Counted from the stretch's first letter, positions 47,876 to 58,519 are shown. The stretch: DNA of 64,000 nt from Patescibacteria group bacterium (GCA_018816805.1 JAHIVE010000035.1:37575-101574), one strand, 5' to 3'. Numbers and translations: made by a program. Notes: generated from the letters alone by a model not told the origin.

Positions 47876-50800
47876 GTGAAAGATTGTAGACATCTTATTA
47901 CGCTCTTCCCTCAAGGGCAGAATCTTGCGGTGGTAGAGCAGTTTGGAAGAGACGGGTACACGTCTGTTTCTGGCAGCGGAAATTATTCCTCAAAGGCTTT
48001 TTTGGTGGCTGATATTTTAAGAGACTCTAAAGAAATAAATAATGTTATTTGGATCTGTTCGAACCATGCTGAAAAGGAGCACGTTGAGAGGGCTATTTCA
48101 CTTTGGGGGGATACGCAGGTTTATGATTTTGAATATGAAGAAAACCCACTTCACGACAAAGAGATTAATCACAAAAACAGAGTACGAATTATGGAGCTTA
48201 TTAGCTTGGTTGCAAACAAAAGCAAGTCCACTTTTTTTACAATAGAATACAGGGATCTTTTTAGAGCTTACCCCAATTTGCTTGATGTTGAGCGTGGAAA
48301 AATTACTGTCAAAATTGGTGATGAAATTGACCCGGTTCCGTTTTTTGAAAGACTTATTGAGGTGGAATATGAGGCTTCAATGGACGCATATGTTGAAAAA
48401 GGGCAGTATTTCAGGCTGGGTGATGTTCTTACTATTTGGCCCGTCAACAGTGATTTCCCCCTTAGGCTTGAGATTGGTTTTGATAAAGTTGAGAAGATTT
48501 CTTTGTTTGATCAGGCCGAAAAGAAAGATATTCATGAAATTGATGCTATTGAAATTTACCCAATTTCTACTGGACAGTGGGCAACTTCGCTCTTGAGTTA
48601 TTTTGGGCAGGACTCCTTGGTTATTGATGACGAATTGGAGTATCCGGATTCTGAGGCAGAGGAGTTTGAAAAAGCAATGAGCCACCGAGATCCGCAGTCC
48701 AGATATTTGGAGTTTAGGTCTTTTATGGAGGAGACGCCGTATCATCATCACCTCCATTATCTTTCGATCTTGAAATACCACAGCCCTGCTGATTTTGTTT
48801 CTGATCTTAGGGATAAGGTGACGCAAGATTGGCGAGTGATGATTTTTAGCAAGCACGTGGAAAAATACAAAGGCCTTTTGGACGATAAAAATATAAGCCA
48901 CGAGGTTTGGGAAAAAGGAGGCAGCGTGAAGGGAGATGGGGTAACGATTTTTAAAGTTGAACAAGAAGAGGTTTTTCCACAAAACTTTCAGAATCCCGCC
49001 CTGAAGTTTGCTGTTTTGTCTGATCGGGATATTGGTGGTTTTGGCGAAGAGCAGCAGAAGAGGCCAGAGCACCAGAAAGTTTATTTGGACTTTTTGACGG
49101 GACTTAAGGTTGGTGACTTTGTTGTTCATTCCGACCACGGGATCGGGCAGTTTTTAGGTTTGGATAAACGCACAATTGATGAAGTAACGCGTGAGTATTT
49201 GAAAATTGGCTATGCGGAAAATGACAAGCTTTTTGTGCCGATTGATCAGGCAGACAAGGTTTCAAAATTTATTGGGGCCGGCGACAGGGCGCCAAAGTTG
49301 ACGCGACTGGGCAGCGCGGAATGGAATACAATGCAGACTCGCGTTAAGAAGGAAACTGAGAAAATTGCCAAAGAACTTCTGGAGCTTTATGCGGAGCGAG
49401 AGCAGTCAAAGGGTTACAAATATTCAGAAGACAGCACTTCCATGCTTAAATTTGAGGAAGACTTTGTTTATGAGGAAACTCCCGGACAGCTAAGGGCAAT
49501 TTTGGACGTAAAGCGCGACATGGAACAAAAGAAACCAATGGACAGGCTTGTTTGTGGTGACGTTGGATTTGGGAAAACAGAGGTTGCAATGCGTGCGGCG
49601 TTTAAGGCAGCTCAAGACCAAAAACAGGTTGCAATTGTTGCGCCAATTACAATCTTGGCAGATCAACATTATAAAAGCTTTGTAAAAAGGATGGAGAACC
49701 ATGATGTTAGGATTGAGATGCTTAGCAGGTTTAGGTCCGGGGCTGAGCAGAAAAAGATTTTAAAGAAGCTTGAGAGGGGAGAAATTGACATCATTATTGG
49801 AACCCATAGGCTTTTACAGCCGGATGTCCATTTTAAAGATTTGGGGCTGGTTATTATTGATGAAGAGCAGCGATTTGGTGTCAAACAAAAGGAAAAGCTT
49901 AAGGAAATGAGGACTGAAGTTGACATTTTGACTTTGACAGCCACGCCCATTCCGCGAACTTTGAACATCTCTTTGCATGGGCTTAGGGACATTACAACGA
50001 TTACCACGCCGCCGCCCGGTAGACTGCCAGTTGTGACGGAAGTTAGGCGGTTTTCTTTGGGGCTTATTAAAACGGTAATTGAAAAGGAGCTTGAGAGAGG
50101 TGGCCAGATCTATTTTTTACACAATCGTGTCCAGACAATTGAAGATATGGCGGCAAAATTGCGCAGTTTGATTCCAAAGGCGAAGTTTGTGGTGACTCAC
50201 GGAAAGCTCCGGCCGGACGAGCTGGAGAAGAGGATTTTGGCGTTTAAAAACAAGGAATACGACGTTTTGGTGAGTTCGACGATCATTGAAAACGGAATTG
50301 ATTTGGCGAACGCGAACACTTTGATTGTGAATAATGCGGAGAGGTTCGGGCTTGCACAGTTGTATCAATTGCGGGGGCGAGTCGGACGGTCAAAAACGCA
50401 GGCGTACGCGTACTTTTTGTACCACATGAAGAGACTTCCGCTCGACGCGAAAAAACGTCTGAGAGCGATTGTTGAGGCGTCTGAATTGGGCGCAGGATTC
50501 CAGATTGCCATGAAGGATTTGGAAATTAGAGGCGCGGGGGATATTTTGGGCGCGAATCAATCCGGAGCTATCAATGTGGTTGGAGTTTCGCACTTTGTGA
50601 GGATGTTGAATCAGGCGGTGGACGCAATGAAGGCGGGAAGGAAAATTGAGAAGGAGGAAGGCGTGCCGGAAGTTACAATTGAGATTCCGCTTCCCGCTTA
50701 TATTCCGGATGAATATATTGTGTCGTCCAAGGAGAAAATTTCCGTTTACCAGAAATTGGCGTCTGCGGATACCAGCGAATATTTGGTCGAACTTAAGAAG

Positions 50801-51148
50801 GAGCTTTTGGAAGATTATGGGAAGATGCCGGAGGAGGTTGCGAATTTGTTCAGGGTTTTGGACATCAAGTTGCACGCCAAGAAGGCGGGAGTGTCTAACG
50901 TGAAGGCTGAGAATGTCCACTCGCAAGAGGACAGGCAGATTGTGCTGCAAGTGACAGGGCGGGTTAAGCCGGCGAATATTATGTCGCTTTTGGACTACAA
51001 TGATGCGTGGCAAATTAGCGGCTCTAAGCTGAAAATTACGTTTGAGAAATTGGGCTTGAACTGGGTGGAAGAGCTCAGGAAGTCTTTGGTGGCGCTGGGG
51101 AAGAAGATCAAGAATATGCCCGGGGAGGAGGCGGAGAAAGAGGGTTAG
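47876..51148 (+). CDS. mfd: transcription-repair coupling factor
   Basis: GDFVVHSDHGIG (RID), DRLVCGDVGFGKTEVA, DEEQRFG, TATPIPRTL, QLRGRVGRS, DLEIRGAG; start placed at GTG 47876. Confidence 0.97.
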   Translation: MKDCRHLITLFPQGQNLAVVEQFGRDGYTSVSGSGNYSSKAFLVADILRDSKEINNVIWICSNHAEKEHVERAISLWGDTQVYDFEYEENPLHDKEINHKNRVRIMELISLVANKSKSTFFTIEYRDLFRAYPNLLDVERGKITVKIGDEIDPVPFFERLIEVEYEASMDAYVEKGQYFRLGDVLTIWPVNSDFPLRLEIGFDKVEKISLFDQAEKKDIHEIDAIEIYPISTGQWATSLLSYFGQDSLVIDDELEYPDSEAEEFEKAMSHRDPQSRYLEFRSFMEETPYHHHLHYLSILKYHSPADFVSDLRDKVTQDWRVMIFSKHVEKYKGLLDDKNISHEVWEKGGSVKGDGVTIFKVEQEEVFPQNFQNPALKFAVLSDRDIGGFGEEQQKRPEHQKVYLDFLTGLKVGDFVVHSDHGIGQFLGLDKRTIDEVTREYLKIGYAENDKLFVPIDQADKVSKFIGAGDRAPKLTRLGSAEWNTMQTRVKKETEKIAKELLELYAEREQSKGYKYSEDSTSMLKFEEDFVYEETPGQLRAILDVKRDMEQKKPMDRLVCGDVGFGKTEVAMRAAFKAAQDQKQVAIVAPITILADQHYKSFVKRMENHDVRIEMLSRFRSGAEQKKILKKLERGEIDIIIGTHRLLQPDVHFKDLGLVIIDEEQRFGVKQKEKLKEMRTEVDILTLTATPIPRTLNISLHGLRDITTITTPPPGRLPVVTEVRRFSLGLIKTVIEKELERGGQIYFLHNRVQTIEDMAAKLRSLIPKAKFVVTHGKLRPDELEKRILAFKNKEYDVLVSSTIIENGIDLANANTLIVNNAERFGLAQLYQLRGRVGRSKTQAYAYFLYHMKRLPLDAKKRLRAIVEASELGAGFQIAMKDLEIRGAGDILGANQSGAINVVGVSHFVRMLNQAVDAMKAGRKIEKEEGVPEVTIEIPLPAYIPDEYIVSSKEKISVYQKLASADTSEYLVELKKELLEDYGKMPEEVANLFRVLDIKLHAKKAGVSNVKAENVHSQEDRQIVLQVTGRVKPANIMSLLDYNDAWQISGSKLKITFEKLGLNWVEELRKSLVALGKKIKNMPGEEAEKEG

Positions 51149-51432
51149 CCTTCTTCTTTTTTGCCGATTATTTTTTTAGCTGAAGAGATGAGCGAGTTCA
51201 GGTCTTTTGCGGGATTTATGTTTAAGTCAATTATGCCGGTTACGCCTTTTTGAAACGCATTTTCAATGAAATTGTTCTCATTTTCCAGGTTGATGCGGAC
51301 GCGGGCCAAGTCCTCTGAGGAGAGGGTTTTTACGAACTCGCGGATCCCCGGTTTTTTGCTTTCTTCAAGCGCAGTTGATCGGTCGATCAGGGAGAGAACG
51401 ACCCCGAGCTCATTTTGGTTTTCGTTTGCCAT
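51145..51432 (-). CDS. hypothetical protein
   Basis: 95-aa helical ORF convergent with mfd. Confidence 0.65.
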   Translation of the reverse strand: MANENQNELGVVLSLIDRSTALEESKKPGIREFVKTLSSEDLARVRINLENENNFIENAFQKGVTGIIDLNINPAKDLNSLISSAKKIIGKKEEG

Positions 51433-51501
51433 ACATCTAACTCAAAATAATCTGTTAATTATAGCAGAAAATGAGCAAAAAGGCAACGGCTATAGTGGGT
51501 T

Positions 51502-51787
51502 TTATTCTTTATCCTCCAGAGTCTGTATAAGCGCTTTATGAAAAGGAGAGCCAGAAGGAAGGCGGAAGGGCCCATCCTCTTTGTCATCAGTCAACAGGCG
51601 GCTAAAGTAATTGATTGTATCATCAAGAAGGAATCGAGCTTCGAGCTCCTCTCTAATTTTCTAATCGACAGCCAGAAGATAGTCAGGATCTTCTGCATTT
51701 AGCCCCTCAAAGACCAGGAATTCTAAAACCCCAGCCGTCCCCACTTCTCTGGAGCCGTGTTGGGTTCCTTCGCTAGTTTTGCGAATA
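51502..51787 (-). pseudogene. possible gene remnant with one internal TAG
   Basis: Frame reads ...GVLEFLVFEGLNAEDPDYLLAVD*KIREELEARFLLDDTINYFSRLL...QTLEDKE*; TAG at 51661-51663. Confidence 0.3.
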
Positions 51788-51962
51788 TTTTAAATCTTAA
51801 GAAATCATAGGCTTCACCACGTATTTTGTATTGTACGCCATTTTTACTTGGATTATTTGTATAAATATTTTACCCCAAGTGTTTCCAAGCTATTGAACCA
51901 TTACGGCTCTATTGATGAAAAGAGAGATGCGTGTTATTAATATTATGATTTAATCATAGGTT

Positions 51963-52271
51963 ATGGCAGATGGTGGTATTCCAAATGAATACAGAAGATA
52001 TTTATCGCCAACAACTCTAAAAAAACTAGCAGAGGCGTGGCCAAACTTGGACGCTCAGGTACAGGCTGCAATTTTGGAAGTGCTAAAGCAGGGTAAGGAT
52101 TTTGACAAAACCCTGCTGGAATTTGCGATGAGAGACAAGGATTTTGAGCAAAAATTGAGCAGAAAAACTCAAGAGGCAAAAAGAAAATTTATAAATAAAT
52201 TAGAGGAGAAGGATAAGGAAGATGATGGCTCAAATCTTGACGATTTATTGGAGAAAATTAAACCTCAATAA
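51963..52271 (+). CDS. hypothetical helical protein
   Basis: 102-aa ORF ending 2 nt before the large gene; likely co-transcribed. Confidence 0.75.
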   Translation: MADGGIPNEYRRYLSPTTLKKLAEAWPNLDAQVQAAILEVLKQGKDFDKTLLEFAMRDKDFEQKLSRKTQEAKRKFINKLEEKDKEDDGSNLDDLLEKIKPQ

Positions 52272-52273
52272 TA

Positions 52274-55200
52274 ATGGCTTTTGAACAAATAAAATTCGAA
52301 GGTAACAACGAAAAGAAACCCAGCAATGAGGAGCTTAAAAGCCAAGAGCAGAAAATTGCGGACCTTCAGGGGAAGCTGGAAAACAATGAAAAGTGGGCTC
52401 AGAAAATAGAGAGTAAGCTGGGTGGTTCTCAAGGAGCAGCGGAGCTACAGAACGAGATCAATGATTTTGTTGCGCTGGCTGCAATTGGGCAGCTTAGTGG
52501 TTCGCTTAAGGAATATAATGTCCAAAGTTTTGATACTGATACGGAGTCGGGCTTGGATATGCTTGAATATTCACGATTTACAGCGGTTTTGGATACCGCT
52601 GTTGATAGGCTGATTATGCTTGGTGGCATGGAGGAGCTTAGAACTTCCGGGGAAGAGGCTGAAGACACGGGGATGCTTTCAAGTCCGGACAAATATATGG
52701 CTGGGAATTGTGATTTTCAGGAATGGGTTTTGCGTGACGAAAAGGGACAAAGTTGGACAACTTATGCTTCCGAAAAGCTGGGGATTATGTCTGAAGAAGA
52801 TTTAAATGCCATTGCGCAGGAATCTTTCAACCTTACCTCTTTAAGCGATTACGGTGACCTGACGCTTTTGATGGTGAAAGAGCTCGGTGAGGGAGTTGAG
52901 GATACTTTGAGAATGATTGGAAATGTGAATGCTGCCGTCATTCTGCTTCCTCGGTACGCAACTTATAGAGCAAAAAGATTTTCTGATGATCCGGCTACCG
53001 TTGCAGATGCTGAGCTTAAAATTGAACAATTGGTTGAGGAAAATCCGGCGCTTGCACTTCCCGAAATTCTTGGCGACAAAGGCGGGCAAATGTTAAAGCA
53101 ATTGGCGTCTATGGTTGTTTCAGGAAAGAAGGGTGATATTGCAATGTTGGCTGTTACCATTGCCGGAATGCTGGCAGGTGGTGCGGGTGCTTCTAAGGTG
53201 TTTGGAAAGATGAAGGGACTGAGTAAAGTTTCAAAGGCGGGAAGAGTCGCTGAAACCGTAGCGGAGGCCAAATCCGGTGCTCGGCTTCTTGCTGCGACCG
53301 AAAAAGTTTCTGGAGAGGCTGCTGAAGCAGCCGGTAGGACGGCCGGAAAAGCGGCTGGTGCTGCCGCAGAAGCTGCTAGTGCAGCAGCGAAACCTGCTAT
53401 GGCGAGTGCTTTTGGGCCTGAAGTGGTGAATTTATTTGCTGAGAATCAGGGAGCACTAAAGAGGCTGAAAACCTTAAAGGCTTCAATTAATAAACTTACC
53501 GGACAAGCTGATAAAGTTGATGAAGTACGTCGACTTAAGGCTATGGCTGCTTCTGAAAGGGGGCGGCTTAAAGCTGCGGGGTTTGATAACATTGATGAGG
53601 CCTTGAAAATTCTTGATGAGTATGAGATTCCAAAAGCCAAGCCAGCTCCAAAACCTAAAGCACCAGAGGCTCCGGGAGCAAGACCACCAAAATCACCCGA
53701 GGCAATGGCTGCTTTCAAGGAGGCGGTGATGAATTTCAAAGATGATATTAGAGAATTAATGGAGATGAGAAAGGCGTTTAAAAATATTACAAAAAATAAT
53801 CCAACTTTTGTGCCAGGCACACCAGCCAGTAGGGTGTTCAAAGGGCTTATGGATGACATGAAGGCGCTTTCGGACAAACTGATTAAAAATGGGATTGATG
53901 ATTTTGATGAAGCTATTCGGTTGGTGGATGAGGCGGACAAGTTGGCTGAAGTGCAAAGAGTTATTTTGGGGCAGAAAGACATGCTGACTGAATTGATTCA
54001 AACTCGAAGGTCAATTGAAAAATTAGCCGGGAAAACGGATCCAAAGAGCTTAAAAAGGCTTGAGACCTTGCAAGAGTTGGAAAGCCTTAGGGTAAGAGAC
54101 TTGAAAGCAAACGGGATATTGGACGTGGACGCGGCGATGAATATGCTTGCTGACATGGAGAAGATGGCCGAAGCGAGCAAGTTGCAACAACTCACAAAAC
54201 TTGTTTCTGAACACAGCGATGACCTTCAAGAATTACTTGAAACAAGGAAGAAAATCCAATCGGCTCAAGGGCCGGCAAAGGATTTATTTCAGGCTTCTGA
54301 AAAAGCCATGGTCGATAAGCTCAAAGCGGCCGGCATTGATGATGTCGACAAAGCTTTGAGCATGCTGGATGATTTGAAGAAAACCAGTGCTGCTGCCGAA
54401 GGAGCTACTGCTGCTGCTGCGGAGAGCGTTGCTGCTGTGGCTGAAGGTGCCGTGGCTGAGACAGCTCTTGCGGTAGTGCCAAAAACTGCTGAAGAAGCAG
54501 TAGCGGTCTTGAAAGAGACCACCATTCCACCTATGAGCAGACTCCAGCTTATTTCTTATGCGGAGAACATGCTAGAGGTGAAAAAAGCCGTCAGAGCGGG
54601 TATAGATCCTTCGCCTAATACCATGTTGGCTTTGAGAGGGGCGGGATTAACGGAAGATGTGCTTGATGTTACAGCAGTGTTTGCCGCTAATGCTCCTGAT
54701 GTTGTAGTTGGAAATTCTCTCTTGAAAGGATTGATTCCTCTCACGGCAGTTATTGCTGCAATGTGTGTTTTAGAAGAGAAGGGCGAGGACGCACTTGCTT
54801 CTGAAGTTCAGGAAATGCCAGAAGTTCAGGAGGAAGGCGCGAGGGAGAGTGCGGATGAAGGTGATAATGAGGCGCCAGTCGCTCCAGAGAAAAAACAAGG
54901 AGGGTTTACAGAAAAATTGAGTACTTCGCCAGATAGTTTCTATAAGATGGAAGAAGTTGACGGCAAGACTAAAATTACAATGATACTTCCCACGGCTGAG
55001 GCTGTGAGAGACAGCAGAATTCAGCAGTTTGTTGGTCCTGATGGCATTGCAATGAAACTTGAAAATCCAGATGAATATCAAATTGTTTCAGGTGGGAAAG
55101 AGTACAATTGGGATAAAGAAGCCGGAACTTGGAAGAATGCAGAGGGACGACTGAGGATATTTAATGGTACGGAATTAACAGTTGAAAAGAAAGTGGCTGA

Positions 55201-55621
55201 ACCTGGAGCTAAACAGGAAGAAGCGGCGCCTAACAGCGAGGCTGGTGAAAAACCTGCGGAGCTTGGAATTTCACCTGATGAAATTACTGAACAGAGCACT
55301 CAACAGTTGTTAGACATGTTGTCTCAAAACTGGAAATTTGTTTTCCCACACAAGTCGTTCAATAAAAATAATTTGTTAAAGAAATTTCAGAAAAAATATC
55401 CTGAAGCAGAAGGTTTTAAATTGGGGGCTTGGAAAGTTGAAGACGCTCAGTTGATCCTTAGCTTCTCTATAAAAAATAAAAACGGCACTGTTGAAAATAG
55501 ACAATATTCGGTTCCGGCCGGGAACCTTGATGGTGTTTATGATATTAGCACTGGGGACGGGGCAGATGCCGTGAAAGCAATGATGAAAGCGCTGGAGGAC
55601 AAGGACAATTTGGGTAGTTGA
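52274..55621 (+). CDS. large 1115-aa protein with internal ~73-aa helical repeats
   Basis: Long ORF; four LKxxGxxDxDxA motifs; hydrophobic Gly/Ala helix near aa 290. Confidence 0.85.
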   Translation: MAFEQIKFEGNNEKKPSNEELKSQEQKIADLQGKLENNEKWAQKIESKLGGSQGAAELQNEINDFVALAAIGQLSGSLKEYNVQSFDTDTESGLDMLEYSRFTAVLDTAVDRLIMLGGMEELRTSGEEAEDTGMLSSPDKYMAGNCDFQEWVLRDEKGQSWTTYASEKLGIMSEEDLNAIAQESFNLTSLSDYGDLTLLMVKELGEGVEDTLRMIGNVNAAVILLPRYATYRAKRFSDDPATVADAELKIEQLVEENPALALPEILGDKGGQMLKQLASMVVSGKKGDIAMLAVTIAGMLAGGAGASKVFGKMKGLSKVSKAGRVAETVAEAKSGARLLAATEKVSGEAAEAAGRTAGKAAGAAAEAASAAAKPAMASAFGPEVVNLFAENQGALKRLKTLKASINKLTGQADKVDEVRRLKAMAASERGRLKAAGFDNIDEALKILDEYEIPKAKPAPKPKAPEAPGARPPKSPEAMAAFKEAVMNFKDDIRELMEMRKAFKNITKNNPTFVPGTPASRVFKGLMDDMKALSDKLIKNGIDDFDEAIRLVDEADKLAEVQRVILGQKDMLTELIQTRRSIEKLAGKTDPKSLKRLETLQELESLRVRDLKANGILDVDAAMNMLADMEKMAEASKLQQLTKLVSEHSDDLQELLETRKKIQSAQGPAKDLFQASEKAMVDKLKAAGIDDVDKALSMLDDLKKTSAAAEGATAAAAESVAAVAEGAVAETALAVVPKTAEEAVAVLKETTIPPMSRLQLISYAENMLEVKKAVRAGIDPSPNTMLALRGAGLTEDVLDVTAVFAANAPDVVVGNSLLKGLIPLTAVIAAMCVLEEKGEDALASEVQEMPEVQEEGARESADEGDNEAPVAPEKKQGGFTEKLSTSPDSFYKMEEVDGKTKITMILPTAEAVRDSRIQQFVGPDGIAMKLENPDEYQIVSGGKEYNWDKEAGTWKNAEGRLRIFNGTELTVEKKVAEPGAKQEEAAPNSEAGEKPAELGISPDEITEQSTQQLLDMLSQNWKFVFPHKSFNKNNLLKKFQKKYPEAEGFKLGAWKVEDAQLILSFSIKNKNGTVENRQYSVPAGNLDGVYDISTGDGADAVKAMMKALEDKDNLGS

Positions 55622-55625
55622 TGTG

Positions 55626-56282
55626 CTACTTTAGGAGTTCGTTCGTGAATTCAATGATTTTTTGTTGTAGTTCTTCGTCTGAAGCTCCTTCAAGAGACTG
55701 GCTTCTTTGGGTTTTTGGGTTGTAAACAAAGGCGGTGCGCTTGCTTGAACCGGGGAAGCGTGGGAAAACGTCAACATCTATTGCGCCCGATACGGGACGT
55801 ATTTCGAGTATTTTTTTCACTGCTTCGGTGCCTAGCTCAGCTTCCATTTGTTGATACATTTCTTGTTCCTCGTTAGATAATGGCTCGGGTGCGATTTCCT
55901 CATAGAAAATGCGAAGGCGCGTTTGCATTGTGTTTTCGGGGTCGCTAGATACATTCATGTCAACGTAGTTAACGTCATAGCCTTTGTCGGCGTAGTAATC
56001 GCCAATTGATGCAGCAATTTCCGTTGCGACGTTTATATCAGTTTTGAGGTCGTCAATTTTAGCAGTTTGCTGTCTTAATAAATTTCCGAATTGTTGAGCT
56101 GCTTTTGTGATTTGGGGGTCTTGATTCCGGGGAGACTTAAGTGGATTTGCTTTTTCAGACGAATGGACGGTTTGCGGCAGATTGGGCATTTGTGTGTCCA
56201 CTCTGAGGTTAGCAATTGCGAACGCGCCGGCAATTGACAGGGCGGCTGCTCCAGAAATTTCTAGAATATGTTTTCTCTTCAT
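55626..56282 (-). CDS. hypothetical exported/membrane-anchored protein
   Basis: N-terminal basic + hydrophobic segment (MKRKHILEISGAAALSIAGAFAIA). Confidence 0.7.
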   Translation of the reverse strand: MKRKHILEISGAAALSIAGAFAIANLRVDTQMPNLPQTVHSSEKANPLKSPRNQDPQITKAAQQFGNLLRQQTAKIDDLKTDINVATEIAASIGDYYADKGYDVNYVDMNVSSDPENTMQTRLRIFYEEIAPEPLSNEEQEMYQQMEAELGTEAVKKILEIRPVSGAIDVDVFPRFPGSSKRTAFVYNPKTQRSQSLEGASDEELQQKIIEFTNELLK

Positions 56283-56312
56283 AAAATTAGGTTGGACGCT
56301 ATTTTAGAAGAC

Positions 56313-56341
56313 TTGACCTGACCTGTCAATGTTGTTATAAT
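56313..56341 (+). promoter_or_regulatory. sigma70 promoter of ssrA
   Basis: TTGACC-17 nt-TATAAT with extended TG; boxA-like CACTTTGAAAA at 56349-56359. Confidence 0.8.
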
Positions 56342-56362
56342 AACCGGGCACTTTGAAAACGT

Positions 56363-56786
56363 GGGGATGAATGAAGGTTTCGACAGAAAGATTCGAATTC
56401 AATTGTTTGCTTTCAGGTGGTTGTCCAGTCCCACCTCAATCCGTCCTGGACAAATTTAAGTGCTAAACCACTTGCTAAGTTACGTGATGCTCTTCGCATG
56501 GAAGAAGCTTCGGCTTTCGCTCCTGTATTTGCATAAACGGGCTTGATGTCCTGCCATTTTGCGGGACCCGCTCACCGGTCTAGATTTCGTAAGCCGATTG
56601 AGTGTCATTTACGAGATGTAGGTGATTTGCTGCTGGCAGGCTGGCAATGATCCCAAATTTTGGTCTGCTCGCGGCGACTGTTTTTGTCGCTTCTTTATGG
56701 GCGTCGCGCAACTAGAAGTGACTATGAAAGTAGAGAGCGATTCAATTCCTTTTTGGACGCGGGTTCGACTCCCGCCATCTCCACCA
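56363..56786 (+). ncRNA. ssrA: transfer-messenger RNA
   Basis: 5' GGGGATGAA..GGTTTCGAC; 3' GACGCGGGTTCGACTCCCGCCATCTCCACCA; tag frame 56462-56536 (A)AKPLAKLRDALRMEEASAFAPVFA*. Confidence 0.95.
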
Positions 56787-56791
56787 AAAAC

Positions 56792-58519
56792 CTATTGCCT
56801 TACCGCGCTTGCGGTGCCGCTACAATTTATTGTGTAAATTTGACCGTCGATCAGGGCGCTGCCGTTTAAGTTTGCGATGGCGTTAAGTTTTGCTAAGCTT
56901 CCTTCAAGATAAAATTGGTAATTTATTATGCCGTACATAGTGACTGAGTAATTTTCGCCTTGGGAATTGTATTGCTGGATTTCAGTTCCTATGCCGTCAT
57001 TATTTATGCTGAAAGTTGTGCCGTCGTCATTTCCAACGCTGTTGCTTACCGTAATTGTGGTGTTTACCGGGAATACCGTTGGCATGCCGGGAAGATCCGT
57101 GGAGCAGTAAACGGTTGTGGAAATTGGGTAAGCGCCGTCCCATTTAGCGGCTGATGGGTTTTCAGCAGACGGTTCGGCTTCAAATTCTATTATTGGAAGT
57201 AAGTTTTCCGTTGGGCAGCCGGAATTTCCGCCCATGAATCTGCCGCCGGAGTAGGTTAAGTAGTCCCAGCAGGTTTGCTGGCCGAAGTCGGCAGAGTTGT
57301 ATTTGTATTCGCAAGTGTAGCCGAATTCAGTTGTGGGGAGACCGGTTTTGACGGTTCCCGCGCCGCCGACTATGCCGCCTTTGCTGGTGCATTCGTCATA
57401 AAATGCTTGGACTGTGGGTGAAAGTTTGCCGCTTTGGTCAGGCTCACCAAGGGTTATGCCCGTACCTAAAATACTTTGGACATTTTGCCAAGAATTGTTC
57501 CATGCGTCTTTTGCGCTTTCGTCGCCGTTTATATAATTTATGGCCGTGGTGGCGACTTCATTTGTCGCCTGAACGGTTTCTTGCACACACCAAACGCCGC
57601 CTTTGTTTTCACCTGTGCCAATTGGGCCGGTTGAGACGCCGCCGGCGCCCATGCAAACGTCTTCCGTGCCGAGGTTTTTGGCAACTTCGTTCATTAAAGA
57701 GGTTTGGATGAGGAGTTTGGCTGCGATATATTTCATGGTCTCGGTGTCGTTTCTTTGGATTGCAGTATCACCAAATTCTTTGAGTTCAGCGATCATATTT
57801 ATGCTTGCTTTCAGCACTTCTTCGGCTTCTTTTTTGCTGAGTTTTATTTGGTAATCGTCGCTACGGGAGGGGAGGGCTGACCAGCTTTCAGGGTCTTTTG
57901 TCGCCTCGGAAATATCTTTCCCTCTTTGAACGATAGTTTCTTTGTAGGCGGTGAGTTCTTTGGGGACGGAAATTGTTTCAAGACGGTCGGTTACGAGGCC
58001 GGACATAATTTGGATTTTTTGCATTTGCTCGGGGCTTGAGGGGTTTTTGTCGCCCTGAATTTTTACGGCTTCCAGTTCAGCCAGGTTGTTTTGGAGGAGG
58101 GTTATCGATTCTGAGAAATTCTCGTTGTATTTCGGGGCAGTTTTGATGACCAAATATGTTGTTCCGGAGCCGACAACAACGACCGCGAAAAAAACGGAAG
58201 CGAAAATTACGTGATGGGACAGAAGTTTTATGAAGTCGATGGCGCTTAAAAACATTACGATTAAAAATGCCACTGCGAACAGAATAAACAAAGTGCCACC
58301 GGCGCCGTAAAGTGCGTTTTGAGCGGATTCCGACATGGAGGGGCTTGTAGCCGCGATTACTATTAAGACGCCCCCAATTATGGCTAAGGCACTGCCTATC
58401 ATTGTTGTCCAAAATTGGAAAAGGCCCTGTTTGCGTAAGTTTGTAGGAATTTGTTTGCCGCAATGAGGGCAAAAACGGGCAACGTGAGAGGACATTTTAT
58501 TGCAATTTGGGCAGATCAC
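56792..58519 (-). CDS. zinc-ribbon membrane protein with large Cys-containing external domain
   Basis: CPNC...FCPHCG N-terminus, three TMs, helical then beta-rich region with paired Cys; GTG start. Confidence 0.8.
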   Translation of the reverse strand: MICPNCNKMSSHVARFCPHCGKQIPTNLRKQGLFQFWTTMIGSALAIIGGVLIVIAATSPSMSESAQNALYGAGGTLFILFAVAFLIVMFLSAIDFIKLLSHHVIFASVFFAVVVVGSGTTYLVIKTAPKYNENFSESITLLQNNLAELEAVKIQGDKNPSSPEQMQKIQIMSGLVTDRLETISVPKELTAYKETIVQRGKDISEATKDPESWSALPSRSDDYQIKLSKKEAEEVLKASINMIAELKEFGDTAIQRNDTETMKYIAAKLLIQTSLMNEVAKNLGTEDVCMGAGGVSTGPIGTGENKGGVWCVQETVQATNEVATTAINYINGDESAKDAWNNSWQNVQSILGTGITLGEPDQSGKLSPTVQAFYDECTSKGGIVGGAGTVKTGLPTTEFGYTCEYKYNSADFGQQTCWDYLTYSGGRFMGGNSGCPTENLLPIIEFEAEPSAENPSAAKWDGAYPISTTVYCSTDLPGMPTVFPVNTTITVSNSVGNDDGTTFSINNDGIGTEIQQYNSQGENYSVTMYGIINYQFYLEGSLAKLNAIANLNGSALIDGQIYTINCSGTASAVRQ

